Notes: generated by a model from the sequence alone, not told the origin. DNA of 32,000 nucleotides from Planctopirus limnophila DSM 3776 (GCF_000092105.1 NC_014148.1:210001-242000), one strand, 5' to 3'; positions 1-10,076 are shown, counted from the stretch's first letter. Numbers and translations are program-made.

Positions 1-339
1 AATGATTCCCAGCCTGTACTGAGCACGCAATTCCTGCAACATCTCGAAGGCATGCGGGTTGAGCAGATGAAATTCGTCGTAGCGATTTCTCAGCTCGTTC
101 GAAACATACTGACTCCAGGTCGAGTAGCGCTCAGGAGTGAGGCGGGACTTTGCGAGACGTGAGATGATCCATTGCTGGCCACGCTTCGCTTCGGCTTCAC
201 GGGCCGACATTAACTCGCTGAATGTCTGCTGAGGATTGGTTTCCCGCAAGGCCTCAAACAATGACAAATAGCCAAAAAAAGCCTGCTGATCGTCATTGAA
301 AAGGACATTTCCAATGTCGAAGAAAATCCATTTCAGCAT
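1..339 (-). CDS. HAD-superfamily hydrolase (subfamily IA-like); N-terminal part only, the gene runs off the left edge
   Basis: Absent from the ORF track because it is open at the window edge. Manual minus-strand translation from the ATG at 339 gives MLKWIFFDIGNVLFNDDQQAFF...LQELRAQYRLGII. The FDxGNV motif-I variant is typical of YihX-type HAD phosphatases. The start lies 6 nt downstream of the lpxK stop on the same strand. Confidence 0.55.
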   Translation of the reverse strand, partial: MLKWIFFDIGNVLFNDDQQAFFGYLSLFEALRETNPQQTFSELMSAREAEAKRGQQWIISRLAKSRLTPERYSTWSQYVSNELRNRYDEFHLLNPHAFEMLQELRAQYRLGII

Positions 340-345
340 GTTCGA

Positions 346-1473
346 TCAATCCACCAGCGATCGATTGAGAGACTCATAACGATCTTTGAGATATTGCCGT
401 AATCGTTCGTCACCTTCCCGGAAGTGTGGCGCAATCTCGACGGCCCAGAACTCCACACCATGGCTCGAAGCTTGTGGAATTTTCACAAGGTCTTTCATGG
501 TTGTCAGCAGCCACCGGGCCCCATGGGCATTGGCGAGCAGTCCCAGTTCATCGAGATCTGGTGGAGTATAGTGATGGTGGTCATCAAAAATCTGAAGTGT
601 GCCCTTCATTTGCGCACTGGCTGCAGGCAACCAATGCTTGAGCAACTGCACAAAGCCTGTCGGATTGCCGATGCCGCAGAATGGCAGATAAGCCACCGAT
701 TCCAAATCCGAAAGCGATCTCGTCTCGCCTTGGATATTGATCAATCGCGAGGGGCGAAATTCGACCTCCAGAATGCGATCCTCGGGCACAAACTTCAGAA
801 GCTTTTCCCGCAGGCTGCTCAATTGTTGTTGACTCACCATCTCGCTGCGAGTGACCAGAAACCAGTCGGCACGCATCAATTGAGAAAGTGGTTCACGCAA
901 CATCCCTCGCGGCAACAGATAGCCGTATCCAAACGGGTGAGTGGCGTCGATGACGACCAGTTCGACATCACGGGCCAGTTGACGATGCTGCATGCCATCA
1001 TCGACTACAATGGCGGGCCTCTTCAGAGTTTGAGCCGGAAGAAGCGAGGCCAACCATTCGGCGGCAATTCTCGCCCGCTGCCGATTCTGCAGGTGAGGGA
1101 CACCGGGGCAGATCCGGTCAAGCACAGCTTTTTCGTCATTCGATCCTGCTTGGGTGGCTCCGTAACCTCGACTCAAAATCGCGATTTGCGCCTGGTTGTC
1201 GGGTTTTTCACTCAGCAGAAGTTCATGCAGGGCCTGCACCACCCAGCCCACGAGAGGCGTTTTTCCCGTTCCTCCCGTCGTAATGTTCCCCACACTCACC
1301 ACAAAGGCCGGTAATCGCCGGCTCCGCAGCCAGCCCGTCTGATAAGCCACATTGCGGCACAGCACGACAAACCCATAACCGAGGCTCAGAACCCACAAGC
1401 AGCTACGCAGCAACCTCGCTCGCAAAGAGCGATCTGCTCCCGATTGCACACCATGGATCCACGACAGATTCAT
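346..1473 (-). CDS. lpxK: Tetraacyldisaccharide 4'-kinase (lipid A biosynthesis)
   Basis: 375 aa. N-terminal TM segment, then the LpxK P-loop VGNITTGGTGKTP. Also SRGYG, DDGMQH and LLPRGMLREP blocks that are collinear with E. coli LpxK. GAGGGAG RBS just upstream of the ATG. Confidence 0.85.
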   Translation of the reverse strand: MNLSWIHGVQSGADRSLRARLLRSCLWVLSLGYGFVVLCRNVAYQTGWLRSRRLPAFVVSVGNITTGGTGKTPLVGWVVQALHELLLSEKPDNQAQIAILSRGYGATQAGSNDEKAVLDRICPGVPHLQNRQRARIAAEWLASLLPAQTLKRPAIVVDDGMQHRQLARDVELVVIDATHPFGYGYLLPRGMLREPLSQLMRADWFLVTRSEMVSQQQLSSLREKLLKFVPEDRILEVEFRPSRLINIQGETRSLSDLESVAYLPFCGIGNPTGFVQLLKHWLPAASAQMKGTLQIFDDHHHYTPPDLDELGLLANAHGARWLLTTMKDLVKIPQASSHGVEFWAVEIAPHFREGDERLRQYLKDRYESLNRSLVD

Positions 1474-1665
1474 GCTCCCTCAATCATTCCTCAGGCCTCC
1501 GGCCAATAGTCTCTTCAACCTCATCGAGAATCCGCAGCAGAAATTGATGCTTCAATGCCGGTCGTCAACAAGCGGCACAACTCCAGGTGGAGTGTACCAC
1601 ATGGCAAAGCCATAAATCTGTCGATGAACTGAGATCCATTCAGCGAGACAGACAGTTTTTTGAAC

Positions 1666-3201
1666 TTATCGCCAGTAGGTGCGATCCAACGCGCGGTAGT
1701 TAATGGCTTCGGAAAGATGATGAGCTTCGATTTGTGCAGTCCCTTCCAGATCGGCAATGGTCCGGCTGATGCGCAGCAGTTTATCGTGGGCTCTGGCCGA
1801 GAGGCCCATCGATTCCATGGCATGTTGCAGTAGTTGCTCGGCATCTTTTTTGAGCTTGCAGAACTTCCTGAGCTGTTGAGGTGCGAGCCGGGCATTCAGG
1901 GGCTGCCCCCCTTGTTTTGCCCTTTCCTGCTGAATTTCTCTGGCAGAAATGACCTGCGAGCGCATCTGGTCGCTGGATGTTCCGGGCTGAGCATCCGAAA
2001 GATCGCGAAAGGGAACGGGGGGCACTTCAATATGGATATCGAGCCGATCGAGAAGTGGGCCGCTGATCTTTCCGAGATATCGTTCGACCTGAATGGGAGT
2101 GCAATTGCACTGCTTCCGAGGGTCGCCCCGATAACCACACGGGCAGGGATTCATGGCCGCCACCAGCATAATGCTGGCTGGGAACGTCAGGCTGGCTAAG
2201 GCACGCGAGATTGTCACCCGCCCTTCTTCCAGTGGCTGACGGAGGACCTCGAGTGTCTTTCGATTGAACTCTGGAAGTTCATCGAGGAAGAGCACTCCAT
2301 GATGTGATAACGAGAGTTCACCCGGAGTCGGCACGCTCCCGCCACCCACCAACCCCGCTTCACTGATGGTGTGGTGCGGCGTGCGAAAGGGGCGATTCAT
2401 CAAGAGAGGTTGTCCGGGTTGCAGGCGGCCGACCGAACTGTAAACCCTTGTTGTTTCAAGACTTTCATCGGGGGATAGTGGTGGCAAAATCGTCGCCAGC
2501 CGCGATGCCAGAAGAGTTTTACCTGTTCCTGGGCTGCCAATCATGAGCAGATGGTGCCCGCCGGCAGCAGCGACCACGACCGCTCGCTTGGCACTTTCCT
2601 GCCCTTTGACATCCGCGTAATCAACCGTGTATTGGCCATATTCCTGCTGGGCCTTCGTCCATGAAAATGGGGCTGGTTCGATCGTCAGATGTCCCGTGAG
2701 AAATCCCGCAGCTTCTGTCAGTGATCCCGCAGGAATCACCTGGATCCCTTCGACTACAGCCGCTTCCTGAACATTGGCGGCTGGGACAATCAAACCTCGG
2801 CGCCCTTTCTGGCGACAGCTAAGTGCCATTGACAGCACACCTTTGACGGGACGTAACGATCCATCCAGCGCCAGTTCGCCCACAGCGTCAAACTCTTGCA
2901 GCAGGTCAGACTCCAATTGCCCACTAGCGACAAGCATTCCTAAAGCAATAGGAAGATCAAACGAAGCCGCATCTTTCGGGAGATCAGCCGGCGAAAGATT
3001 GATCACAGTATGGTCGACAGGCCGCTGGTATCCACTGTTGACCAGTGCCCGCTCAATCCGATGGGTGCTCTCGCGAACCGCCGCCTCCGCCAGACCAACC
3101 AGAGTCGTTTTGGGAAGGGCCCCCGGAGAAATATCGACTTCGACATCAATAGCAACGGCATCAATCCCCAGGAGGGAGTAAGTCATCAGCCGTGCCAACA
3201 T
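1666..3201 (-). CDS. comM: YifB/ComM family Mg-chelatase-like AAA+ ATPase
   Basis: 511 aa. N-terminal Lon-protease-like S5 fold (LLGIDAVAIDVEVDIS...), Walker A GSPGTGKT, Walker B VLFLDELPEF, and a C-terminal ChlI-like helical domain ending in HLSEAINYR. Confidence 0.9.
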   Translation of the reverse strand: MLARLMTYSLLGIDAVAIDVEVDISPGALPKTTLVGLAEAAVRESTHRIERALVNSGYQRPVDHTVINLSPADLPKDAASFDLPIALGMLVASGQLESDLLQEFDAVGELALDGSLRPVKGVLSMALSCRQKGRRGLIVPAANVQEAAVVEGIQVIPAGSLTEAAGFLTGHLTIEPAPFSWTKAQQEYGQYTVDYADVKGQESAKRAVVVAAAGGHHLLMIGSPGTGKTLLASRLATILPPLSPDESLETTRVYSSVGRLQPGQPLLMNRPFRTPHHTISEAGLVGGGSVPTPGELSLSHHGVLFLDELPEFNRKTLEVLRQPLEEGRVTISRALASLTFPASIMLVAAMNPCPCGYRGDPRKQCNCTPIQVERYLGKISGPLLDRLDIHIEVPPVPFRDLSDAQPGTSSDQMRSQVISAREIQQERAKQGGQPLNARLAPQQLRKFCKLKKDAEQLLQHAMESMGLSARAHDKLLRISRTIADLEGTAQIEAHHLSEAINYRALDRTYWR

Positions 3202-3579
3202 GTGCAGAGCCTTTCCTCAACCAGAATCTTCATCGAGCCACCATGATTCTCGGCACTACGCCCTGATTGTTCAAACGAACAGATTGACCATTGTGGCGAC
3301 GACTATCAAGTGCGGAATTTTGGCAATCGACTCGTGATCAGGCAGGCACTCAAAGCCTAGCTGAACGGCACTCAGAGCGGCGAGTACGATTCAAGTTCAG
3401 CATGGTGGAGATACTTATTCAAATAATATGAACTACTGGCCACGTACTGATATTCGAAATGCGATCAGAATCACGGAGAATGTGTTCGTATGTTTATTTT
3501 GATCATGCCCAGCTCTTGGTGCAGAGATTCGAAATCCCATATTCAATTTATGCGATCAGATATCCTTAACATTCTTTAA

Positions 3580-3593
3580 TGTAAACGTTTACA
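3580..3593. promoter_or_regulatory. Perfect 14-bp palindrome TGTAAACGTTTACA (LacI/GalR/CcpA-type operator pattern)
   Basis: An exact inverted repeat that fits TGnAAnCGnTTnCA. It lies 170 nt upstream of the first DUF1559 gene inside a 520-nt AT-rich intergenic region. Function is not demonstrated. Confidence 0.3.
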
Positions 3594-3762
3594 GCGGATT
3601 CTCTTTTTTCCGCCACTTGCCGAATGGCAGATTGAGAAGTAAACTTCACATCAATGACCTTTTGATCGTTGATGCTTTTTTAAAGTAACCAATCAAAGAG
3701 GCTCGGCAAAACGTATCAGTAGTTGTTCGTACTTCAATCATTGTTTTTATGGAGGCTGCAGC

Positions 3763-4851
3763 ATGAAGAAAAACCGCGGATTTACGTTGATTGAACTCCT
3801 GGTTGTGATTGCGATCATCGCCATTTTGATTGCACTGCTTTTGCCGGCTGTGCAGCAGGCGCGGGAAGCGGCCCGTCGAACACAGTGCCGCAACAACCTC
3901 AAGCAGTTGGGGCTTTCGCTGCACAATTATCACGATGTTTTTGGCACGTTTGTCTTCCGCCGTGGTGGCACAGGTGGCCAGTGGGATGCAGTGCCCCGCA
4001 ACAACAACGAACGCCGCAGTGGCGTGATCAGCCTGCTGCCTTACATGGATCAGGCACCACTCTATAATCGAATCGAAGCTGGCGACCTGACGGGAACCAC
4101 CAATGGTGGCACAGCCGTGGGGCCTGGCGGTAATCAGGCATGGACTTCCGGCCCAGGTGGTGGCTGGTCGGTTTGGAACGTGGCTGTGAATGGCCTGCAG
4201 TGCCCGTCGGATTCCTTCTCGGGGAGTGTTGGTTGCAACAACTACATGTTCTCACTGGGTGATTCAGTCAACAATGCGGAGAATCTGCGAGATGTTCGCG
4301 GCCTGTTCGGTTATGCCAGCACCTTTGGAGTCCGCGATTGCACTGATGGCACCAGCAATACGATTGCGATGGCCGAGCGATGCAAGGGAAATCAGGCTCC
4401 TGCAACGAATAGTAATCGCCGCGCAATTACTGGTACTGCGATGAATAAGACAGGCATTGCTGCCAATCCTCTGCAGTGTCGTAATCTGGCAGTCAATGGT
4501 GTGTATGCCGCTGCGGAGAATGTCAAAGAACGCGCTGCGACATGCTGGACCGATGGTCGTCTCGAACGTTCCGGTTTTCAGACAGTGTTGCCACCCAACG
4601 GAACATCCTGTGCCGAAGGTGGAGATACCAATGCCGATTCCGCCACAGCCATTATCACTCCCACCAGTTTCCACACAGGTGGTGTGCATGCCCTGATGGC
4701 TGATGGCGCTGTTCGCTTTATCAGCGAGAACATCGATACCGGTAACCTGGCGACCGGCCCTGCGACGGGGAATCCCAGCGGTCCCAGCCCTTATGGTGTC
4801 TGGGGTGCTCTGGGAACACGCGCTGGTGGCGAAGTCACCAACGAGTTCTAA
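3763..4851 (+). CDS. DUF1559 / H-X9-DG protein with prepilin-type N-terminal cleavage/methylation motif (paralog 1)
   Basis: 362 aa. The N-terminus KKNRG|[33 protein letters not shown] is a class III (type IV pilin-like) signal with Glu at +5. The C-terminus has [12 protein letters not shown], i.e. H-x9-DG. GGAGG RBS upstream of the ATG. Confidence 0.9.
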   Translation: MKKNRGFTLIELLVVIAIIAILIALLLPAVQQAREAARRTQCRNNLKQLGLSLHNYHDVFGTFVFRRGGTGGQWDAVPRNNNERRSGVISLLPYMDQAPLYNRIEAGDLTGTTNGGTAVGPGGNQAWTSGPGGGWSVWNVAVNGLQCPSDSFSGSVGCNNYMFSLGDSVNNAENLRDVRGLFGYASTFGVRDCTDGTSNTIAMAERCKGNQAPATNSNRRAITGTAMNKTGIAANPLQCRNLAVNGVYAAAENVKERAATCWTDGRLERSGFQTVLPPNGTSCAEGGDTNADSATAIITPTSFHTGGVHALMADGAVRFISENIDTGNLATGPATGNPSGPSPYGVWGALGTRAGGEVTNEF

Positions 4852-4890
4852 CAGAACATTGCCAACAGAAATCTGATCTCTCAATTCCTG

Positions 4891-4927
4891 TAAGAGCTGT
4901 GCCGAAAGGCCAGCTCTTATTTTTTTG
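4891..4927 (+). terminator. Rho-independent terminator after DUF1559 paralog 1
   Basis: AAGAGCTG(T)GCC-GAAA-GGCCAGCTCTT stem (11 bp with one bulge, GAAA loop) followed by a 7-T run. Confidence 0.7.
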
Positions 4928-5148
4928 CACCAAAAAACTGAACAGACGAATCGTGTTTCGCGAAAATTTCGGAAAAACCAAAAAAATTCTCATCTCGACT
5001 TGTGGAATTGACAGATCAGTGTACTCTGATTTGTAGGTGAATGCACCAATAGAGACGCGTGTCTTCAACCGTCTATACAAGCCATTCGCTCGTCCCATCT
5101 TCCATTTCCCATCTTGGTTCGTTCTGAACTTTTTCTCAGGAGGTGACT

Positions 5149-6234
5149 ATGTCACGTCGACGTCGGGGCTTTACGCTCATTGAATTGCTGGTTGTTATTG
5201 CCATTATTGCCATTTTGATTGCCTTGCTGCTCCCGGCAGTTCAACAGGCGCGCGAGGCCGCTCGCAGAACTCAATGCCGCAACAATCTGAAGCAATTAGG
5301 GTTAGCGCTTCACAATTACCATGATGTCTTTGGCACATTTGTCTACCGCAAGGGTGGGACAGGTGCCTATGGAGCAACCCCACAGCAGAATTCTGGTCGC
5401 CGGAGTGGGTTGGTCAGCCTGTTGCCCTACATCGATCAGTCACCGCTTTACAACCGTATTGAGGCGGGTGACCTGGCTGGCACCAGTTACGGTGGCACTG
5501 CTGTCGCTCCTGGCGGCCCTCATGGCTGGGCTAGCTGGTCAACCTGGAATGTTTCGATTCCCGGTTTCCAATGCCCCTCCGATGCCTACGCAACTCCTGT
5601 GAGCACTCACAACTACATGTTTTCTGTGGGCGACACGATTCAGGATCCCAACAACACGGGCACATCGAACCATGATCTGCAGAACGTCAATGGCCTGTTC
5701 GCTAACCGTCGCTGCCTGGGTGTGCGTGATATTACCGATGGTACCAGCAACACCATTGCCATGAGCGAGCGTTGCCGGGCGAACTTCGGGTTGGCCACCA
5801 ACAGCAACCGTCTGGTCGTCGAGGGTCAGGCAATGAACAAAACCGGCTTGCAGGCCAATCCTTTGCAGTGCCGCAGCATCGCGACCAATGGCCGTTACAA
5901 TGCTGCTGAAGAGGTTAAAGGATATTCGGGAACTCGTTGGACTGACGGCCAGATCGAACGATGCGGCTTTCATACAGTATTGCCACCCAACTCTCCCTCT
6001 TGTGCCGAAGGGAACAATGGCAACGCTGATTCTCCCGTGAGTGTCATTACTCCCACCAGCCGACATACCGGCGGTGTCCATGCTCTGATGGCAGACGGTG
6101 CTGTTCGCTTTATCAGTGACAACATCGACACAGGGAATCTGGCAACCGGATCGACAATCGGCGGCCCCAGTCCTTATGGCGTCTGGGGTGCCTTGGGAAC
6201 ACGCGCCGGCGGCGAAACAACTGGTAATTTCTAA
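5149..6234 (+). CDS. DUF1559 / H-X9-DG protein with prepilin-type N-terminus (paralog 2)
   Basis: The track ORF starts at GTG 5143. ATG 5149 is preferred because the AGGAGG RBS (5138-5143) sits 5 nt upstream. N-terminus MSRRRRG|FTLIELLVV...; C-terminus [12 protein letters not shown]. High identity to paralog 3. Confidence 0.9.
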   Translation: MSRRRRGFTLIELLVVIAIIAILIALLLPAVQQAREAARRTQCRNNLKQLGLALHNYHDVFGTFVYRKGGTGAYGATPQQNSGRRSGLVSLLPYIDQSPLYNRIEAGDLAGTSYGGTAVAPGGPHGWASWSTWNVSIPGFQCPSDAYATPVSTHNYMFSVGDTIQDPNNTGTSNHDLQNVNGLFANRRCLGVRDITDGTSNTIAMSERCRANFGLATNSNRLVVEGQAMNKTGLQANPLQCRSIATNGRYNAAEEVKGYSGTRWTDGQIERCGFHTVLPPNSPSCAEGNNGNADSPVSVITPTSRHTGGVHALMADGAVRFISDNIDTGNLATGSTIGGPSPYGVWGALGTRAGGETTGNF

Positions 6235-6350
6235 GGTGTCAGCAGGTGATGGCTATCGATGTGTAGCGATGAATTCTTCGGGAGGTGATGCACTCACAGC
6301 CTGATCCGCTCGTCAACATTTCCGATATTGGTCTCGAAACCAACATTCAG

Positions 6351-6386
6351 GCGCTCTCGCATTGCGGGAGTGCCTGTTTCATTTTT
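6351..6386 (+). terminator. Candidate intrinsic terminator after DUF1559 paralog 2
   Basis: GCGCTCTCGC-ATT-GCGGGAGTGC stem (about 10 bp including G-U pairs, 3-nt loop) followed by the T-rich CTGTTTCATTTTT. It lies about 120 nt downstream of the stop. It is weaker than the other terminators in the window. Confidence 0.4.
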
Positions 6387-6795
6387 CAGAATGCGAAGTG
6401 CCAGTGACCAGATTGGCCACCATTCCTGACTGCTTCTTGTCTTTCGAGATTGGAAGAACACCGCACAACGCTCTTCTGCAGGCACTCAACTTTCCAAGCA
6501 AATCAGTGGGGGGAGTGAGGCATCCAATCCGTCTCTCATTGCAAAAGCCTGAATGCGGTAAAGGCCCCAGAGTTTACTCCGAGTCAACTGCGAGGAGCTT
6601 GCATGACAAAATTTCTTAGGTCGGCGGCAAAAAAGCTCATTCAATCTTGCGGATTTCAATAAACCGTCTAGCATCGCAGAGGTGGGCGTTTATATGTAGG
6701 ATTGTATAAGTCCTGATGCGACATCGAGCATTCGCTCACATTCTCTTCACCATTTCCTGTCTTTGTCCGTTCGGAAAGCATCTCTGGAGAAAATC

Positions 6796-7887
6796 ATGGT
6801 ACGTCTGCGCCGAGGTTTCACACTGATTGAACTGCTTGTTGTCATTGCCATTATCGCCATTCTGATCGCCCTGCTTTTGCCCGCCGTCCAACAGGCACGC
6901 GAAGCGGCTCGACGCACCCAGTGCCGTAACAATCTCAAACAACTCGGTTTGTCTTTACACAACTACCACGACGTGTTTGGCATGTTCGTCTATCGCAAAG
7001 GGGGAACCGGCGGCTCGACAAATCCTGCACCTCGCCAGAATCAGAATCGCCGCAGTGGGTTTGTCAGCCTGTTGCCTTACTTTGACCAGGCACCGCTCTA
7101 CAACCTCATTGAAGCGGGCGACCCTTCAGGCACGAGTTTCGGCGGGAATCCTGTAGCACCCGGAGGAGTCGCCGGTTGGGAAGGCTGGGGGCCGTGGAAT
7201 GTTTCGCTGGCTGGCCTGCAGTGTCCCTCGGATCCGTATCCGACTCCCTTGAGTTCGCACAACTACATGTTCTGTGTTGGAGATACCATTCAAGACCCGA
7301 ACAACACCGGAACATCAAATCATGACCTGCAAAACGTGAATGGTCTCTTTGCAAACCGTCGTTGTTTTGGAGTTCGGGACGTCACCGATGGGACCAGCAA
7401 CACCATTGCCATGAGCGAACGTTGCCGGGCAGACTTTGGCTACACGGCCAATAGTAATCGCCTGGTTGTGGAAGGCATGGCGATGGATGTTCCTGCCGGT
7501 ACTCTCCGCACAAACCCCTTGCAGTGCCGGACTTTAGCCACTAACGGCCGCTACCCCACCGGGAATTCTAAAGGTCGTTCAGGGACTCGCTGGACTGACG
7601 GCCAGATTGAACGTTGCGGCTTCCACACGGTACTGCCACCCAACTCGCCTGCCTGTGCTGAAGGGACAAATACGAATGCCGACTCCCCAGTAAGCGTGGT
7701 CACTCCCACCAGCCGACACACCGGCGGCGTTCACGCACTGATGGCTGATGGGGCTGTCCGCTTCATCAATGAGAATATCAATTCAGGAGACCTCGCAACG
7801 GGTTCAACGATTGGTGGTCCCAGCCCCTACGGAATCTGGGGTGCTTTGGGGACACGTGCTGGTGGTGAATCGACAGGTGACTTCTAA
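6796..7887 (+). CDS. DUF1559 / H-X9-DG protein with prepilin-type N-terminus (paralog 3)
   Basis: The track ORF starts at TTG 6763. ATG 6796 is preferred because it has a GGAGA RBS 5 nt upstream and gives MVRLRRG|FTLIELLVV, the same register as the paralogs. C-terminus [12 protein letters not shown]. Confidence 0.9.
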   Translation: MVRLRRGFTLIELLVVIAIIAILIALLLPAVQQAREAARRTQCRNNLKQLGLSLHNYHDVFGMFVYRKGGTGGSTNPAPRQNQNRRSGFVSLLPYFDQAPLYNLIEAGDPSGTSFGGNPVAPGGVAGWEGWGPWNVSLAGLQCPSDPYPTPLSSHNYMFCVGDTIQDPNNTGTSNHDLQNVNGLFANRRCFGVRDVTDGTSNTIAMSERCRADFGYTANSNRLVVEGMAMDVPAGTLRTNPLQCRTLATNGRYPTGNSKGRSGTRWTDGQIERCGFHTVLPPNSPACAEGTNTNADSPVSVVTPTSRHTGGVHALMADGAVRFINENINSGDLATGSTIGGPSPYGIWGALGTRAGGESTGDF

Positions 7888-7937
7888 ACGACTGGTAGCG
7901 AGTTTCTCAGACTCCTGACTGCATCATATGACTCTTC

Positions 7938-7977
7938 CAACCTCTGGCTTCCTCAAAGCCAGAGGTTGATGTTTTTA
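7938..7977 (+). terminator. Rho-independent terminator after DUF1559 paralog 3
   Basis: Perfect 13-bp stem CAACCTCTGGCTT / AAGCCAGAGGTTG with a 5-nt loop, followed by ATGTTTTTA. Confidence 0.8.
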
Positions 7978-8107
7978 TTGACAGGCAGGAATCGTTTGCC
8001 GTTCGAGACATTCCTTGCCACAATAACGGTTTGCTCCCGCGCTACTGGCGACAATCCGACTCGATGGGTTGCGGGATGAACTTACTGACTGCGGAAATTC
8101 TTTCGTC

Positions 8108-9685
8108 ATGACAGCGACCGTCCAGCCTGATGCCGCCACTTCGTTGCAATCCGAACTTGTTCTGGTGCTTGACTTTGGCTCACAGACAGCCCAGCTCATT
8201 GCACGTCGTATCCGCGATTTGAACGTCTTCTGCCAGCTTGTCCGGCACGACATTTCCGCCGAGCGTGTCAAAGAGCTGGCGCCTCGCGGAATCATTCTCT
8301 CAGGTGGCCCGGCCAGCGTTTACGGAGAAAAAGCACCCAAATGCGACCCGGAGATTTTCAATCTCGGAATCCCCGTTCTCGGCATCTGCTACGGCATGCA
8401 ACTGACTTGCCAGGCTTTAGGAGGCGTGGTTCGGGCCGGAACGACACGCGAGTTTGGCCGGACTGAACTCACGACTTTGGAAGACCATCCGCTTGTCGCC
8501 GGGTTGCCAGCCACCAGTACGGTCTGGATGAGCCATGGCGATCAGGTACAACAGGCCGGTGATGAATTTATCCCGATTGCCAGCACACACTCCTGCCCTA
8601 TGGCGGCTGTGCGGCACCGATCCCGGCAGATCTTTGGTCTGCAGTTTCACCCCGAAGTCACGCATTCAGAATACGGGAAACAGCTTCTCGAAAACTTTCT
8701 GCGAAAGTGCTGCGGCTGTGCCGGAACCTGGCAGATCGAATCGCTGATTGAGCAACAGGTGACTGCCATTCGTGCCAGGGTCGGCAACAGCCGGGTCATC
8801 TGTGGTTTATCGGGCGGCGTTGATTCTTCTGTCGTGGCTGCACTGCTTTACAAGGCGATTGGTTCGCAACTTTCGTGTATCTTCGTGGACAATGGCCTGC
8901 TGCGAAAAGGCGAGTGCGAAAAGGTTCGCGAACGATTTCAGAATCACTTCAAAACCGATCTGCATGTGGTCGATGCCAGCCATCGCTTCTTATCGGAACT
9001 GGCGGGAGTGGTCGATCCGCAGCAGAAGAGAAAGATCATTGGTCGAGTTTTTATCGAAGTTTTCCGTAAAGAAGCGGAATCGATCACTGATGCCCGTTTT
9101 CTGGCCCAGGGAACACTTTACCCGGATGTGATTGAATCCGGTGGTTCACCCGACGGGCCTGCCGCCACGATTAAGTACCATCACAATGTGGGTGGTTTAC
9201 CCGAACAACTGGGCTTTGAGCTGATTGAACCTCTCCGCGATCTGTTCAAAGATGAAGTTCGCCGGATGGGTCTGGCGCTGGGATTATCCGAAGAACTGAT
9301 CTGGCGACATCCCTTCCCTGGGCCAGGGCTCGGTGTGCGCTGCCTGGGTGGAATCACCTCTGAGCGGCTGCATGCATTGCGTGAAGCCGACGCCATTGTT
9401 CTCGAAGAACTTCGTAAAGCCGGTCTCTATCGAACGATTCAGCAGGCCTTTGCCGTGATTCTCCCGGTTCAATCTGTTGGGGTGATGGGCGATGGACGCA
9501 CCTACGAAGAAACGATTGCTGTTCGTGCTGTGACGACTGACGACTTTATGACCGCCGACTGGTATCCACTCCCTTACGACCTGATGCGAATCATCTCGAC
9601 ACGGATCATCAATGAGGTGCGCGGCGTGAATCGAGTGGTTTACGATATCAGCTCGAAGCCACCCAGCACGATTGAATGGGAATGA
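8108..9685 (+). CDS. guaA: GMP synthase (glutamine-hydrolysing)
   Basis: GATase-1 catalytic Cys in GICYGMQL and the HPE triad motif. ATP-pyrophosphatase P-loop SGGVDSSV. C-terminal dimerisation domain ending in KPPSTIEWE. The track start TTG 8069 was trimmed to ATG 8108 (MTATVQ...). Confidence 0.95.
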   Translation: MTATVQPDAATSLQSELVLVLDFGSQTAQLIARRIRDLNVFCQLVRHDISAERVKELAPRGIILSGGPASVYGEKAPKCDPEIFNLGIPVLGICYGMQLTCQALGGVVRAGTTREFGRTELTTLEDHPLVAGLPATSTVWMSHGDQVQQAGDEFIPIASTHSCPMAAVRHRSRQIFGLQFHPEVTHSEYGKQLLENFLRKCCGCAGTWQIESLIEQQVTAIRARVGNSRVICGLSGGVDSSVVAALLYKAIGSQLSCIFVDNGLLRKGECEKVRERFQNHFKTDLHVVDASHRFLSELAGVVDPQQKRKIIGRVFIEVFRKEAESITDARFLAQGTLYPDVIESGGSPDGPAATIKYHHNVGGLPEQLGFELIEPLRDLFKDEVRRMGLALGLSEELIWRHPFPGPGLGVRCLGGITSERLHALREADAIVLEELRKAGLYRTIQQAFAVILPVQSVGVMGDGRTYEETIAVRAVTTDDFMTADWYPLPYDLMRIISTRIINEVRGVNRVVYDISSKPPSTIEWE

Positions 9686-9712
9686 TCACTGGTTCTTTAT
9701 CGCTACCTGCTC

Positions 9713-9742
9713 AGAAGACCGCTCTTGCGGTCTTCTTTGTTT
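9713..9742 (+). terminator. Rho-independent terminator after guaA
   Basis: Perfect 10-bp stem AGAAGACCGC / GCGGTCTTCT with loop TCTT, followed by TTGTTT. Confidence 0.8.
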
Positions 9743-10076
9743 ATGGGCTGAAACGATTTTTCCAGATGAAGACTTCGGGCAACGTCCTGTTCAAACCCAT
9801 CGACGGAATTGACAGTTTTCTAAGTGCAAACCGTTTCAACTTGTGGGTTGCAGCGCGCCCACAACATTCTTCCGTGCGTTGCCAATTCTCACCATTTGAA
9901 AGAAATCACCTCGATTTCTCGTGGGGATCCTCTCAGGAGGATGTTGCCAAATCACCACCTCGCGATTTGGCACAAAGGCTGCCTTAGGGAGTGGCACCTG
10001 ACGAGTAGCCAACAATTGCGACAAGGTGTTGCGATTCACTGTCAATTGCTCGTCCCATGCACTGGGAGTTCTGTGA

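Noticed and set aside
424-1314. 296-aa plus-strand ORF, with smaller ones at 386-641
   Set aside because: It lies entirely antisense to lpxK, which has unmistakable family motifs. Its translation is Arg/Gln/His-rich with no recognisable motif. It is a typical shadow ORF.
5008-5039. TTGACA at 5008-5013 as a -35 box for DUF1559 paralog 2
   Set aside because: No acceptable -10 hexamer lies at 16-19 nt spacing. The nearest candidates are TTGTAG and TAGGTG, which are poor or mis-spaced. It was not called as a promoter, though the shared TGTAGG block is noted in the leader finding.
6235-6795. Possible degraded gene or small partner ORF (for example 6362-6619, 85 aa) in the 560-nt spacer between DUF1559 paralogs 2 and 3
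   Set aside because: Its translation has no signal peptide, lipobox or domain-like features, and there is no RBS. The candidate terminator of paralog 2 lies within or just before it. Evidence is insufficient for a CDS or pseudogene call.
7978-8107. Possible purine/guanine riboswitch or leader upstream of guaA
   Set aside because: I could not find the conserved purine-riboswitch core or a convincing three-way junction in these 130 nt. There is only ordinary untranslated sequence after the upstream terminator.
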